Origin: Hydrurus foetidus
Lineage: Eukaryota
Assembly (NCBI GenBank): GCA_900617105.1
Contig: UYFQ01000732.1
Coordinates: 62,001 to 126,000 of the forward strand
Length of the DNA: 64,000 nucleotides
Direction: 5' to 3'
A program made the position numbers and the translations under genes. The notes under the pieces are model-generated. The model did no database searches, was not told the DNA's origin, and saw nothing but the letters and a program-made list of their open reading frames with translations. Every line of letters begins with the position of its first letter. Within the stretch, counting starts at the first letter, position 1. Of this stretch, positions 1-9,546 are shown piece after piece.

Positions 1-303
1 CGGCGCCACCTTGGACGCGTCACCCAGCTTGAGTGCACGGAAGTAGCACACCCAGGAGGCACCGGTAGCCAAACCTGACAGACCAAGGAATGCCCAAGTC
101 TTCAAAGAGAGCTCAAGAGGGTTGGACCACTTGCCCGCGTAAGCGACAAACGCTGACAGCACGACGATGATGATCGCCGTGCGAATCAGAGTTGCCAAAT
201 CGGAGTCCACGCCCTGGATACCGATTTTGGCGAAGATGGCCGTCAGCGCAGCGAAGACTGCGGATAAAAGCGCCCAGTAAAACCAATTGCCAGGTTCTGC
301 CAT
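1..303 (-). CDS. EamA/DMT-family small transporter (3' end runs off the window)
   Basis: Manual translation from ATG at 303: MAEPGNWFYWALLSAVFAALTAIFAKIG...SGLATGASWVCYFRALKLGDASKVAP, a typical EamA pattern. Confidence 0.85.
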   Translation of the reverse strand, partial: MAEPGNWFYWALLSAVFAALTAIFAKIGIQGVDSDLATLIRTAIIIVVLSAFVAYAGKWSNPLELSLKTWAFLGLSGLATGASWVCYFRALKLGDASKVAP

Positions 304-371
304 GTCGTTGTCCTTTGCAAGCCCATCTCGCCTGCGCAAGAATACTCCCGGCAAGCGGGCTGCTCAATCCC

Positions 372-821
372 TCAATTCCAGCCAATCACGTCGTAGCCCT
401 TGTCTTTCAGGCAGCGCTGCACAAAGTGTCGATAGGTTGGGCTGGCTTTTTCGCTCAAGGCTCCCGCCACTGCACCTGCAGATCCGCCCACTGCGGCGCC
501 GGCCACACCAGACTCCGCAGCATGCTCTAGGCCCTTGCCGCGCACCAGTGCACTTACGGCGCCAGCAACACCGCCCACGGCAGCACCCTTGCCAGCACCG
601 TGTGCCACTGCGTTGTCTTTCTCTTCTGGCGACAGTCCAGCGCTGCTGGCCTGCGCCATGCACGCCTGTGCGTCCTGGTTGGCCCTGTCCTGGCCCACCC
701 GGTTCAGGGTTGCATTAGGGTAGAACACAGGCTTGGCGGACGGACTGCCACTCCCTGTGCTGGCACACCCCATCAACCACAGAGACACCAGAACGGGGAG
801 AACAACAGTCCGATTTTTCAT
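372..821 (-). CDS. Glycine-zipper lipoprotein
   Basis: Lipobox-like LMGC and GAAVGGVAGA / GAAVGGSAGAVAG glycine zippers. Confidence 0.8.
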   Translation of the reverse strand: MKNRTVVLPVLVSLWLMGCASTGSGSPSAKPVFYPNATLNRVGQDRANQDAQACMAQASSAGLSPEEKDNAVAHGAGKGAAVGGVAGAVSALVRGKGLEHAAESGVAGAAVGGSAGAVAGALSEKASPTYRHFVQRCLKDKGYDVIGWN

Positions 822-836
822 GCCTTGGCCTCTTGC

Positions 837-1433
837 TTACTTGGTGTGGTGCACAGTGCGCACGTTGTGCTTGTCATGCAAGACATCCTCGCTCTGGTGG
901 TTCTCTGCCGTCTGAATACGGACCTGCTCACCCTTGCCGATATGCCCGTTTCGGGCCGCAGCGGCTTCGCGGTGGTCTACGCGTGCTTGTCCGCGCTCCA
1001 GTTGGCCCGCTTCACGCTTGGTGACTGCGCCAGATTGCACGCCTGCTTCAATGCGCTTTTCCTGGTCCACGTTGCGCTGCACATCCGCTTGCAAGCGTTC
1101 GGACGACTTGGACTCGGGGTTGCCTTTGGCATTGTTGTTCTCTGCACGGTGAATATCCTGGCTGGCCTTGTTCTGGGCCCGGAGCAATTGGGCGCGTTCA
1201 CGTGGCGAGAGAGAGCCGTCTTTCAGGTCCTTGGCTTGCAAGCGGTCAATGCGGCTTTGCTCCTTTTCCAGACGCCCGGCCTCTTTGGTATTCAGGCCGC
1301 CGTCTTTGAGGCCACGCTCAATGCGGGTTTGTTGGTTCACGTCGCGCTGAACGGTGTCGGCAGTGGTTTGCGCAAACGCACTGGCAGAGCCCAGGGCAAT
1401 CAGAAGGGAGGCAACAACAATGCGGTGTGTCAT
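837..1433 (-). CDS. Secreted protein with internal helical repeats (198 aa)
   Basis: ATG at 1433 with AAGGA RBS; signal peptide MTHRIVVASLLIALGSASAFA; repeated ADVQRxVxQxxRIExGxxxG..EAGxLE units. Confidence 0.8.
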   Translation of the reverse strand: MTHRIVVASLLIALGSASAFAQTTADTVQRDVNQQTRIERGLKDGGLNTKEAGRLEKEQSRIDRLQAKDLKDGSLSPRERAQLLRAQNKASQDIHRAENNNAKGNPESKSSERLQADVQRNVDQEKRIEAGVQSGAVTKREAGQLERGQARVDHREAAAARNGHIGKGEQVRIQTAENHQSEDVLHDKHNVRTVHHTK

Positions 1434-1764
1434 AGGGAGTCCTTGGTTTGGGTGCAAAGCCACATCGGCTTCGTAGCTACAACGCCACGCCGCTCCAGGC
1501 TGCCGACCTGGAAGCCTCACAGAATTGTTACTGCGGGGTAAAGCCCAGATGACCCCAAGGAAATCACGCCACGCTTTGGCCGGCTGCTGGTTGCATGCGC
1601 ACTGTCTGTCATTGTCTGCGGCGTGCTCGTGTACTTCATGAGCGACAGGTTCGCAAGCTGTTGCGATCTGTCCTGGCTGGATCGACTGAATCACTGAATA
1701 TCAATAGAAACCCGCGATAGCCCGCGCAGATTTTGTATTGCGCAAAACCTATTTTTCGCTCACG

Positions 1765-1965
1765 TCATTGGTTTGTCGATGTGTCCTTCGCTCTGCCAAT
1801 CAAGGCATCAGCAACACTGGTCGCGGCCCTCAGTCCCTCCGCGTCAGTACCAAACTGGTGCTCGCGCAGCAGCTCGGCGCAAATCAATAGTTTGTCACGC
1901 GTGGCAATCAAGGCTGCCGCAGTTCGCAGCAACTCCTCTCTTTTTCGATCGTTTTCGCTTTCCAT
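1765..1965 (-). CDS. Small hypothetical protein
   Basis: 66-aa ORF with a strong AAGGAGG RBS; no recognisable motif. Confidence 0.5.
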   Translation of the reverse strand: MESENDRKREELLRTAAALIATRDKLLICAELLREHQFGTDAEGLRAATSVADALIGRAKDTSTNQ

Positions 1966-2071
1966 TTCAGACGCCTCCTTTACAGGCTAGTCACTCAAAA
2001 GTAATCCGCGGCTGCTTGGGAAAACGCTTTGGCCACCGGCCCCAAAGCTGCAGCTAAAAAAATAGGGTTGC

Positions 2072-3793
2072 CTACGTTAAAAGCTTGCCCAATGGTCGTC
2101 GCCCGCTGAAGCTGTCAGGCTCTTGGTTTTTGCTGCTCCACGCTTTTCTGGGCCCTTGAACGGTGCTTTTTGCGGTGTTGGTCAAACGTAGCGGCGCAGC
2201 TACCGGCGCCACTCCGTGGTGTGTCGCTTGCGCCGACCCCAGATCGAACACACGCACGGTATCCACCAACTCACCGGCTTGGCTCTTCAAACTGCTGGCC
2301 GCCGCCGCCATCTCCTCCACCAAGGCGGCGTTTTGCTGGGTGACCTGGTCCATCTGCTGAACCGCTTCCCCTATTTGCGCGACGCCGGATGCTTGCTCGC
2401 TGCTGGCCGCACTGATTTCGCCCATGATGTCGGTGACCCGTTTGATGGAGTTCACCACTTCGTCCATGGTTACCCCCGCCTGGTCCACCAAGATGGAGCC
2501 CTGTTCCACGCGCTCTACGCTCGCGCCAATCAATGTCTTAATCTCGCGCGCAGCCTCAGCCGAGCGTCCTGCCAGGCTGCGCACCTCAGTGGCCACAACG
2601 GCAAACCCCCTGCCTTGCTCGCCTGCTCTGGCGGCTTCAACGGCAGCGTTCAGGGCCAGGATATTGGTCTGGAACGCAATGCTGTCGATGACGCTAATGA
2701 TGTCGGCGATTTTCCGGGAGCTCTCGTTGATCCCCTTCATCGTTTCAACCACTCGCCCCACCACCTCACCACCGCGGATAGCTACGTCAGACGCCTTCAT
2801 GGCCAATTGGTTGGCTTGCCGGGCGTTGTCGGCGTTTTGCTTCACGGTCGAGCCCAGCTCTTCCATAGAGGCGGCTGTTTGCTCGAGTGCGCTGGCTTGT
2901 TGTTCGGTGCGTGCGCTCAAATCATGATTGCCAGAAGCAATTTCAGCGCTTGCAGTAGAAACGCCTTCGGAGCCCTGGCGCACGCTGCCGACCACGTGAA
3001 TCAGTGAATTTTGCATGCGCGCAACGGCAGCCATCAAGCTGGTCATATCGCCTGCACGCACTTCCAGCCGGCTTGTCAGATTACCGTCTGCAACCTTGCC
3101 GACCACATCGCACAGCTCGGCTGGCTCGCCACCCAGTGCCCGTGTGAGGCTGCGAGTGATCAACGCACTAGCCACGAGGGCTGCTGCAAGCGCCAGGCAG
3201 CATGCCAAAGTGAGATAACTACGCTGAGACGCATAGTCGGCACTAGCAGCATCCACCAGGTTGGCCGCCCGCTCTGTGGTGAACGCGGAGTATTTGTCTG
3301 ACACCGCCACCAACTTGGCTAGCAGTGGCCGGCACTCGGTGTTCATCTTGGCAATGGCTTCCTCATGCTTGCCATTGAGTGCCAAGTCCACGATCGACAT
3401 TGCTACGGGTGCATACTCTGACTCAATATCGCCAATTTCCCCGATCATTTTTCGGGCTTCTTCGGGAGTGCCTGGGGCCTCAGCCAGCTTCTTCAGTTTG
3501 GCCAAATTGGTACCAACATCGGCATGCGCTTTGGTGACGACCGCTTTCTCAACCAACACATCGGCCGGACTGGTTACCAGCACAAGATTGCGCGCAGCGA
3601 TGGCGCGCAGGTCAATGGCTTCCCGGACCAAATGCGCGGTGCTTGCCCGTGCATTGATGCCGCTGACATAGGATTCAAAGCGCTGATTTTCATCCCCCAG
3701 GTATTTGATGGACAGCCCTGCGATCAGCAGAACCAGAAAGGCAAGCCCGCCAAAGGCCCAAGTCAATTTGGCGCGCACAGTCAAATTACTCAT
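2072..3793 (-). CDS. Methyl-accepting chemotaxis protein (periplasmic sensor, HAMP, signalling domain)
   Basis: Two TM segments and the hairpin-tip motif IAFQTNILALNAAVEAARAGEQGRGFAVVA. Confidence 0.97.
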   Translation of the reverse strand: MSNLTVRAKLTWAFGGLAFLVLLIAGLSIKYLGDENQRFESYVSGINARASTAHLVREAIDLRAIAARNLVLVTSPADVLVEKAVVTKAHADVGTNLAKLKKLAEAPGTPEEARKMIGEIGDIESEYAPVAMSIVDLALNGKHEEAIAKMNTECRPLLAKLVAVSDKYSAFTTERAANLVDAASADYASQRSYLTLACCLALAAALVASALITRSLTRALGGEPAELCDVVGKVADGNLTSRLEVRAGDMTSLMAAVARMQNSLIHVVGSVRQGSEGVSTASAEIASGNHDLSARTEQQASALEQTAASMEELGSTVKQNADNARQANQLAMKASDVAIRGGEVVGRVVETMKGINESSRKIADIISVIDSIAFQTNILALNAAVEAARAGEQGRGFAVVATEVRSLAGRSAEAAREIKTLIGASVERVEQGSILVDQAGVTMDEVVNSIKRVTDIMGEISAASSEQASGVAQIGEAVQQMDQVTQQNAALVEEMAAAASSLKSQAGELVDTVRVFDLGSAQATHHGVAPVAAPLRLTNTAKSTVQGPRKAWSSKNQEPDSFSGRRPLGKLLT

Positions 3794-4239
3794 CTAACGA
3801 CTCCAATCATTTCTTAGTTGGTGCGCACCCGCGCATTCCGGCCAAGCCCGACAGCAGGGTCTTGGCGTATTCGATGGGGACAATGGACGAGGTTTGGCGC
3901 AGCCATATCGATGGAAAACCAGCCGATGAGGAACGGCTGATCTGAACGGCGGAACGCTGAATAGAGACTCCAACGAACCCGCATTCATCCGAGGGAATGA
4001 ATACATACATAACCTCACGCCACTCTCCGGGCAATCGAGATTTGCAAGGCGGGTTCAGGACCTTAGAGACTTTGGTGCCATGCGCAGGAGCGACCAAAAT
4101 GATGGAAAAATTTTAGCAGAAGTAAAACAAAGTGGAGGATTTGTCGGTCCATTTACCTTGCTAAAAAGCTACAACAAGACCGCCCAACAAGAGGTTTTCA
4201 GCGTCACACTTCCACCAACAACCCAGCGAACCAAGTCTC

Positions 4240-5619
4240 ATGCCTGAAAAAACACGCCTCATCACGGCTATTGCCGACAATCTGCCAGGCATGATTGGCT
4301 ACTGGTCACGAGACCTCATTTGCTTGTTTTCCAACGCGGCTTACCAAACATGGTTTGGTTTCAACCAAGAGCAGATGCGGGGGATCAGCATGCAGCAACT
4401 ATTTGGGCCGGAACTCTTCGCGAAGAACGAGCCGTCTGCTCGCGCGGTACTGGCTGGCGAAGACCAACAATTTGAGCGTGCCATAGTGAAGCCGAACGGC
4501 GAGACCGGCCACATCTGGACGCAATACATAGCCGACCGCATGGGTGGAGAAATATGCGGCTTCTTTGTGCTCGCGTCGGACATCACAACGCTCAAACTTA
4601 GCCAGATGGAACTGGAAAAAGCCACTGCCGAGCTCCGAGTTTCGGCCATTGCATTTGAAGGTCAAGAGGGCATTCTGGTCACGGACCATGAGCGCCTGGT
4701 ACTGCGATCCAACGCAGCTTTCACCCGCATCACGGGTCATGCCGAAGGCAGCATGGTCGGCGTACGTGCATCGGTAATGCGTTCCAGTCGCCACAGCGAC
4801 GCTTTTTACGAAGCCGTTTTTGCGGAGGTCCAGACCAAAGGCGCTTGGGCTGGCGAGCTTTGGTGCACACATGCAGACGGCCGGGATATCCCCATATCTC
4901 TCACCGCTACGGCCGTACGAAATGCGCAGGGCATTCTTGCAAACTATGTCATCACTTATATTGACATTTCCGAGCGATACCAAAGGGAAGAGCAACGTCG
5001 CAGTCAAGAAGCTGCGCAGCGTGCAGCGCTGGTGCGTGAGGTGCACCACCGCATCAAAAATAGCTTGCAGGGCATTTCGGGCTTGCTGCGGCGTTTCGGG
5101 CAAGAGCACCCGGCAACGGCGGCCGTATTGGACTTGGCCATCGGCCAACTCAAAAGTATTTCCGCCGTCCACGGTTTACAGGCTCAGGCTGGGGGCCATG
5201 TGTCACTGCGTGACATGCTGCGCGCGACTACGGGGCATTTGGCAGAGATATGGCAATCACCGATTGCCGTGGAAGAGCTGCCGATGGAAGGCGACCTTTT
5301 CATTGCCGAAGAGGAAAGCGTGCCCGTAGCGATGATTCTCAACGAGTTGTTGCTCAATGCCGTGAAGCACCGTGACCCGGATTGCCCGGGCGCCAGCGTT
5401 CGACTTCACCAAGACCCGCGAGCGTGCGTCGCCAAAATTCTTATAAGCAACCAAGTCGCGCATGGGCAGACTGCGCCCAAGGATCTGCTGTCCGGCTCGG
5501 GCCAGCAGCTTATGCGGCATCTGATGCCAAGCAACGGCGCGCGGATGACCGCCACACTGCGTGGCGCGACCATGGACGTTGAGTTGGTCCTGTCGAGCCC
5601 AGTGCTTGTGTTGAAATAA
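4240..5619 (+). CDS. Cytoplasmic PAS-PAS sensor histidine kinase (HisKA_2/HWE-like)
   Basis: Two PAS folds, H-box REVHHRIKNSLQ, N-box NELLLNAVKH. Confidence 0.9.
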   Translation: MPEKTRLITAIADNLPGMIGYWSRDLICLFSNAAYQTWFGFNQEQMRGISMQQLFGPELFAKNEPSARAVLAGEDQQFERAIVKPNGETGHIWTQYIADRMGGEICGFFVLASDITTLKLSQMELEKATAELRVSAIAFEGQEGILVTDHERLVLRSNAAFTRITGHAEGSMVGVRASVMRSSRHSDAFYEAVFAEVQTKGAWAGELWCTHADGRDIPISLTATAVRNAQGILANYVITYIDISERYQREEQRRSQEAAQRAALVREVHHRIKNSLQGISGLLRRFGQEHPATAAVLDLAIGQLKSISAVHGLQAQAGGHVSLRDMLRATTGHLAEIWQSPIAVEELPMEGDLFIAEEESVPVAMILNELLLNAVKHRDPDCPGASVRLHQDPRACVAKILISNQVAHGQTAPKDLLSGSGQQLMRHLMPSNGARMTATLRGATMDVELVLSSPVLVLK

Positions 5620-5623
5620 CGGC

Positions 5624-6238
5624 ATGAGCACCGCGACAAACAACAAGACGCAACACATCCTGTTGGTGGACGATGACCGTTTGGTGCTGGCAATGCTGGC
5701 CACCAGCGTTGCCAAGGCGGGCTATACCGTAACTAGTGCCAAAAGCGCTGAAGAGGCGGACGAGCTATTGGCTGGGGGGTCCCGCCCTGACTTGGTCCTA
5801 CTGGATGTTCGCATGCCCGGCCAAAGCGGCCTGTATTTGGCCCAGCGCCTACGTGAACTGGACCATATTCCCTTCCTCATGCTCAGCGCGTACAGCGATG
5901 AGAAGACCGTCAAGGAAGCCCTTGCCCTAGGTGCTTTGGCGTTTTATGCCAAGCCGTTGGAAGACGCGCAATTGCTGCTTGCGATAGAGGCCGCCCTTGC
6001 CCGCGGAGAAGAGCTGCACGATTTGCGGACCCATCGGCAACAACTGCAACAGGCGCTGGACAACGAGCGCTACGTCAATGTAGCCGTGGGCATCACCATG
6101 GTGCAATACCGTCTAAAACGCAAAGATGCTTTTGAACAGCTCCGCGCAGCAGCCCGCAACCGCAACGTGAAATTGGCAGACCTTGCACTTGAAGTGCTGC
6201 AATCCTGCGAAGTGATTGCAGAGGGATCCATTCGTTGA
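5624..6238 (+). CDS. REC-ANTAR response regulator
   Basis: LLVDDD and DLVLLDVRMPG receiver motifs; C-terminal AVGITM...AFEQLRAAARNRNVKL ANTAR motif. Confidence 0.9.
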   Translation: MSTATNNKTQHILLVDDDRLVLAMLATSVAKAGYTVTSAKSAEEADELLAGGSRPDLVLLDVRMPGQSGLYLAQRLRELDHIPFLMLSAYSDEKTVKEALALGALAFYAKPLEDAQLLLAIEAALARGEELHDLRTHRQQLQQALDNERYVNVAVGITMVQYRLKRKDAFEQLRAAARNRNVKLADLALEVLQSCEVIAEGSIR

Positions 6239-6292
6239 ATTGAGGCTCTAGCCCGCGTGCAATATGCGCAAGCAGCTCCTAAATCAGGAGCA
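6235..6292 (-). repeat. Fixed-spacing dispersed repeat, copy 1 (intergenic, between convergent genes)
   Basis: Reverse complement GCTC-CTGATTTAG-GAGC-TGCTT-GCGCA-N13-CTAG. Confidence 0.85.
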
Positions 6293-6307
6293 CTTGCACA
6301 GTCCCAC

Positions 6308-8695
6308 TCACTCCACCCGCGTAATTCCCGACGGCTTGAAGCCCAGGTCCGCCGCCTTGCCCTTGCGCCCGCGTGCGGCGCGGGCGTTGTTCAGGCTGCG
6401 GATTTCCAGGGTCTCGTCGCGCTCTTTGCCACCGCGGCCAATACCGTCGATGCGAATGCTGCGCGTGTAGGCGGCAGCGCCGGCCAGGGTGTCCTTGGGT
6501 TCCAGGTCGATCAGCATGAGGCCGCGGCCGCCCTTCTCCATGGTCTTGAGTTCGGATAGCTCAAAGGTGAGGATGCGGCCCAGCGTGGACGCGCAGGCCA
6601 CGTGGGTGGCGGGTGCCACCAGCGTAGCGGGCGTGCCCGCCACGGCGACCTTGCCTTGCGCACCGGCCACCACCGAAGGACGACACAGAGTTTCGCCCTC
6701 GCCCACGCCCACAAAGGCCTTGCCGGCCTTCTGGCGTGACACCATGTTCTCCACACTGGCGATAAAGCCGTAGCCCCCCGAACTGGACAGCAGCAGCGTG
6801 GCCGCCGCAGGGCCGGCAAAGTAATACAGCAGCTGGGTGCCACTTTCCAGTTCGATCAACGTGGTGACCGGCTGGCCGTCGCCACGGCCACCGGGCAGCA
6901 GCGACACGGCCACCGAATAGATGCGCCCGTTGGAGCCGAACACCAACAGCGTGTCCACACTGCGGCACTCAAACGTGCCGTACAGGCCGTCACCAGCCTT
7001 AAAGGCGAAGGTGGACGCCTCGTGGCCATGGCCGGTACGGGCGCGTACCCAGCCTTTTTCAGAAACGACCACGGTCACCGGTTCGTCCACCACCTTGATC
7101 TCAAGCACGGCCTTCTTCTCGGTCTGAATGAGCGTACGGCGCGCGTCGGCAAACACCTTGGCGTCGGCCTCGATCTCTTTGATCATCAGGCGGCGCAGCG
7201 CGGCGGGACTGCCCAAAATTTCTTCCAGCTTGCCCTGATCGCCGCGCAGTTCGGCTAGCTCCTGTTCGATCTTGATGCCTTCCAGCCGCGCGAGTTGGCG
7301 CAGGCGGATTTCCAAGATATCTTCGGCCTGTCGGTCCGAGAGGCGGAAGCGTTCGATCAGCGCGGCCTTGGGCTCGTCCGACTGGCGGATGATGGCGATC
7401 ACTTCATCGATGTTCAGCAGAACCGTCTGACGGCCTTCCAGAATATGGATGCGGTCCAGCACCTTGTTCAGGCGGTGGCGGCTGCGTTTCTCGATGGTGG
7501 TTTGGCGGAACGCGATCCACTCCGTCAGCATCTGGCGCAGTGACTTTTGTGTGGGCCGGCCGTCCAGCCCCACCATGGTCAGGTTGATAGGCGACGAGGT
7601 TTCCAGGCTGGTGTGGGCCAGGAGGGCGGTGATCAGCTCCTGCTGCTCAATGCGGCTGGTCTTGGGCTCGAACACCAGACGCACCATGGCGTCCTTGTTC
7701 GACTCATCGCGCACCACGTCCAGCACGCTCAAGATGCTGGCTTTCAGCTGGGTTTGTTCTTGGCTCAGCGCCTTCTTGCCGGCCTTGACCTTGGGGTTGG
7801 TCAGCTCTTCAATTTCTTCCAGCACGCGCTGGCTGCTGACGCCTGGCGGCAGCTCGGTCACCACCAGTTGCCACTGGCCACGCGCCAGGTCTTCAATCTT
7901 CCAGCGCGCACGCACCTTGAGCGACCCACGGCCGGTGCGGTAGGCATCGGCAATGTCTTGCGCCGGGCTGATGATCTGGCCGCCACCCGGATAGTCGGGG
8001 CCGGGCACCAGCGTGTACAACTCGGCGTCTGCCATCGCGGGAGTCTTGATCAGCGCCACGCAGGCGTCGGCAATCTCGCGCAGGTTGTGGCTGGGAATTT
8101 CGGTGGCCAGACCGACAGCAATGCCGCTGGCGCCGTTCAACAGGCTGAACGGCAGGCGCGCGGGCAGCTGGCAGGGTTCTTCGGTCGAACCGTCGTAGTT
8201 GGGCTGAAACTCCACCGTGCCCTGGTCGATTTCTTCGAGCAGCAGCGTGGTGATCTTGGCCAGGCGCGCCTCGGTGTAACGCATGGCCGCGGCGCCGTCG
8301 CCGTCACGCGATCCGAAGTTTCCTTGGCCATCGACCAGCGGGTAACGCTGCGAAAAGTCTTGCGCCATGCGCACCAGCGCGTCGTAGGCGGATTGGTCGC
8401 CATGCGGGTGAAAGCGACCCAGTACGTCACCCACCACACGGGCACACTTCACCGGCTTGGCACCTGCGTTGCCATTGGCACCGCCAAAACCCAGGCCCAT
8501 GCGTGACATGCTGTACAGAATGCGGCGCTGCACGGGCTTCAGGCCATCACACACATCCGGCAGCGCACGGCCCTTGACCACCGAGAGGGCGTATTCGAGG
8601 TAGGCGCGCTGGGCGTAGGTGGCCAGGTTCAGTTCGCTGTCGTCGCCAGGGGCGGCGGGTTCGGGGATCAAATCAAGCGTGGTTTGGTCAGTCAT
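6308..8695 (-). CDS. parC: DNA topoisomerase IV subunit A
   Basis: [32 protein letters not shown]; downstream of parE. Confidence 0.97.
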   Translation of the reverse strand: MTDQTTLDLIPEPAAPGDDSELNLATYAQRAYLEYALSVVKGRALPDVCDGLKPVQRRILYSMSRMGLGFGGANGNAGAKPVKCARVVGDVLGRFHPHGDQSAYDALVRMAQDFSQRYPLVDGQGNFGSRDGDGAAAMRYTEARLAKITTLLLEEIDQGTVEFQPNYDGSTEEPCQLPARLPFSLLNGASGIAVGLATEIPSHNLREIADACVALIKTPAMADAELYTLVPGPDYPGGGQIISPAQDIADAYRTGRGSLKVRARWKIEDLARGQWQLVVTELPPGVSSQRVLEEIEELTNPKVKAGKKALSQEQTQLKASILSVLDVVRDESNKDAMVRLVFEPKTSRIEQQELITALLAHTSLETSSPINLTMVGLDGRPTQKSLRQMLTEWIAFRQTTIEKRSRHRLNKVLDRIHILEGRQTVLLNIDEVIAIIRQSDEPKAALIERFRLSDRQAEDILEIRLRQLARLEGIKIEQELAELRGDQGKLEEILGSPAALRRLMIKEIEADAKVFADARRTLIQTEKKAVLEIKVVDEPVTVVVSEKGWVRARTGHGHEASTFAFKAGDGLYGTFECRSVDTLLVFGSNGRIYSVAVSLLPGGRGDGQPVTTLIELESGTQLLYYFAGPAAATLLLSSSGGYGFIASVENMVSRQKAGKAFVGVGEGETLCRPSVVAGAQGKVAVAGTPATLVAPATHVACASTLGRILTFELSELKTMEKGGRGLMLIDLEPKDTLAGAAAYTRSIRIDGIGRGGKERDETLEIRSLNNARAARGRKGKAADLGFKPSGITRVE

Positions 8696-8701
8696 GTGTC
8701 T

Positions 8702-9541
8702 TCAGTCAGCTATCGGGGTGTCAGGCGCAGGCAGGCGCTGCAGGGGCGCCACCATGTTGCCGCGGCCAGAGGGCGCTTTCAAAATATAGGGATCACGGGC
8801 GCCGGCCATCACATAGCCTTCGCCGTAGGTGGCTTTGACCCGGCCAGATGCCGTCTTGTTCACCTGGGCCACGGGCACGGGTTTGAGCGCGGTGTACAGC
8901 TCGCCCACGGTGACCACGTAGTTTTGGGTTTCCTTGAAGTTGGGCACCTTGTTGCCCGCGCGCTGCACGGCGCCTTCGCCCGCGTTGTACGAGGCCAGCG
9001 CCAGGTCAAGCTTGCCGGGGAACATATCCATCAACAGCCGCAGGTAGCGCGTGCCCAGGTTGATATTGATCTTAGGGTCGGCCAGCTTGGCTTCTACTGA
9101 CTTCCAGCGGTCGCTATCCACGCCAAAGCGGCGCGCCGTGTCGGGCATCACCTGCATCAGGCCAATGGCGCCCTTGGGCGAAACAGCGGCCGCATCGAAC
9201 CCCGACTCGGCGGCCACGAGGGCCTGCAGCAGCTCGTAGTCCACCCGGTAGCGTGCAGCGGCGTCTTTGAGCAGGGGCTGGATCTTGCGATAGCGCGGCG
9301 AGGACTCAAAAAATTCGGCTAACTTGGGATTCACGCGGGGCGCTGCGGGTGCCACAGGCGCGGCGGCGCCCAGGGCGGCAGGCTGCGCCGGTGCGCGGTA
9401 AAACAAGCTGTAGCGCGCGTCCACCTGCTGGTCAGAGAAGTAGCTGCGGCCTTGCTCGTCCACCCACACCCAAACATCCGCTTGGGCATGAAAAGAGGCC
9501 ATAGCCCCCGTCAACAGTGCGCAAGCAGCTACATATTTCAT
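8702..9541 (-). CDS. Lytic transglycosylase (SLT domain) with a DUF4124-like N-terminus
   Basis: ALVAAESGF, AVSPKGAIGLMQVMP, ALASYNAGEG. Confidence 0.92.
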   Translation of the reverse strand: MKYVAACALLTGAMASFHAQADVWVWVDEQGRSYFSDQQVDARYSLFYRAPAQPAALGAAAPVAPAAPRVNPKLAEFFESSPRYRKIQPLLKDAAARYRVDYELLQALVAAESGFDAAAVSPKGAIGLMQVMPDTARRFGVDSDRWKSVEAKLADPKININLGTRYLRLLMDMFPGKLDLALASYNAGEGAVQRAGNKVPNFKETQNYVVTVGELYTALKPVPVAQVNKTASGRVKATYGEGYVMAGARDPYILKAPSGRGNMVAPLQRLPAPDTPIAD

Positions 9542-9545
9542 AGCA
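9483..9545 (-). repeat. Fixed-spacing repeat, copy 2 (encodes the SLT start and signal peptide)
   Basis: Reverse complement GCTA-TGAAATATG-TAGC-TGCTT-GCGCA-N13-CTAT. Confidence 0.85.
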
Positions 9546-9546
9546 A

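Noticed and set aside
837..1694. 285-aa version of the repeat protein
   Set aside because: The RBS and signal peptide support the ATG at 1433.
2020..2071. Possible tenth copy of the fixed-spacing repeat (GCAGCTAAAAAAATAGG)
   Set aside because: It lacks the TAGC arm and the GCGCA box at the required spacing.
3794..4239. ANTAR dual-hairpin target or CheW remnant upstream of the MCP
   Set aside because: No tandem hairpins with the expected hexaloops were found by eye, and the 96-aa ORF has no convincing CheW motif.
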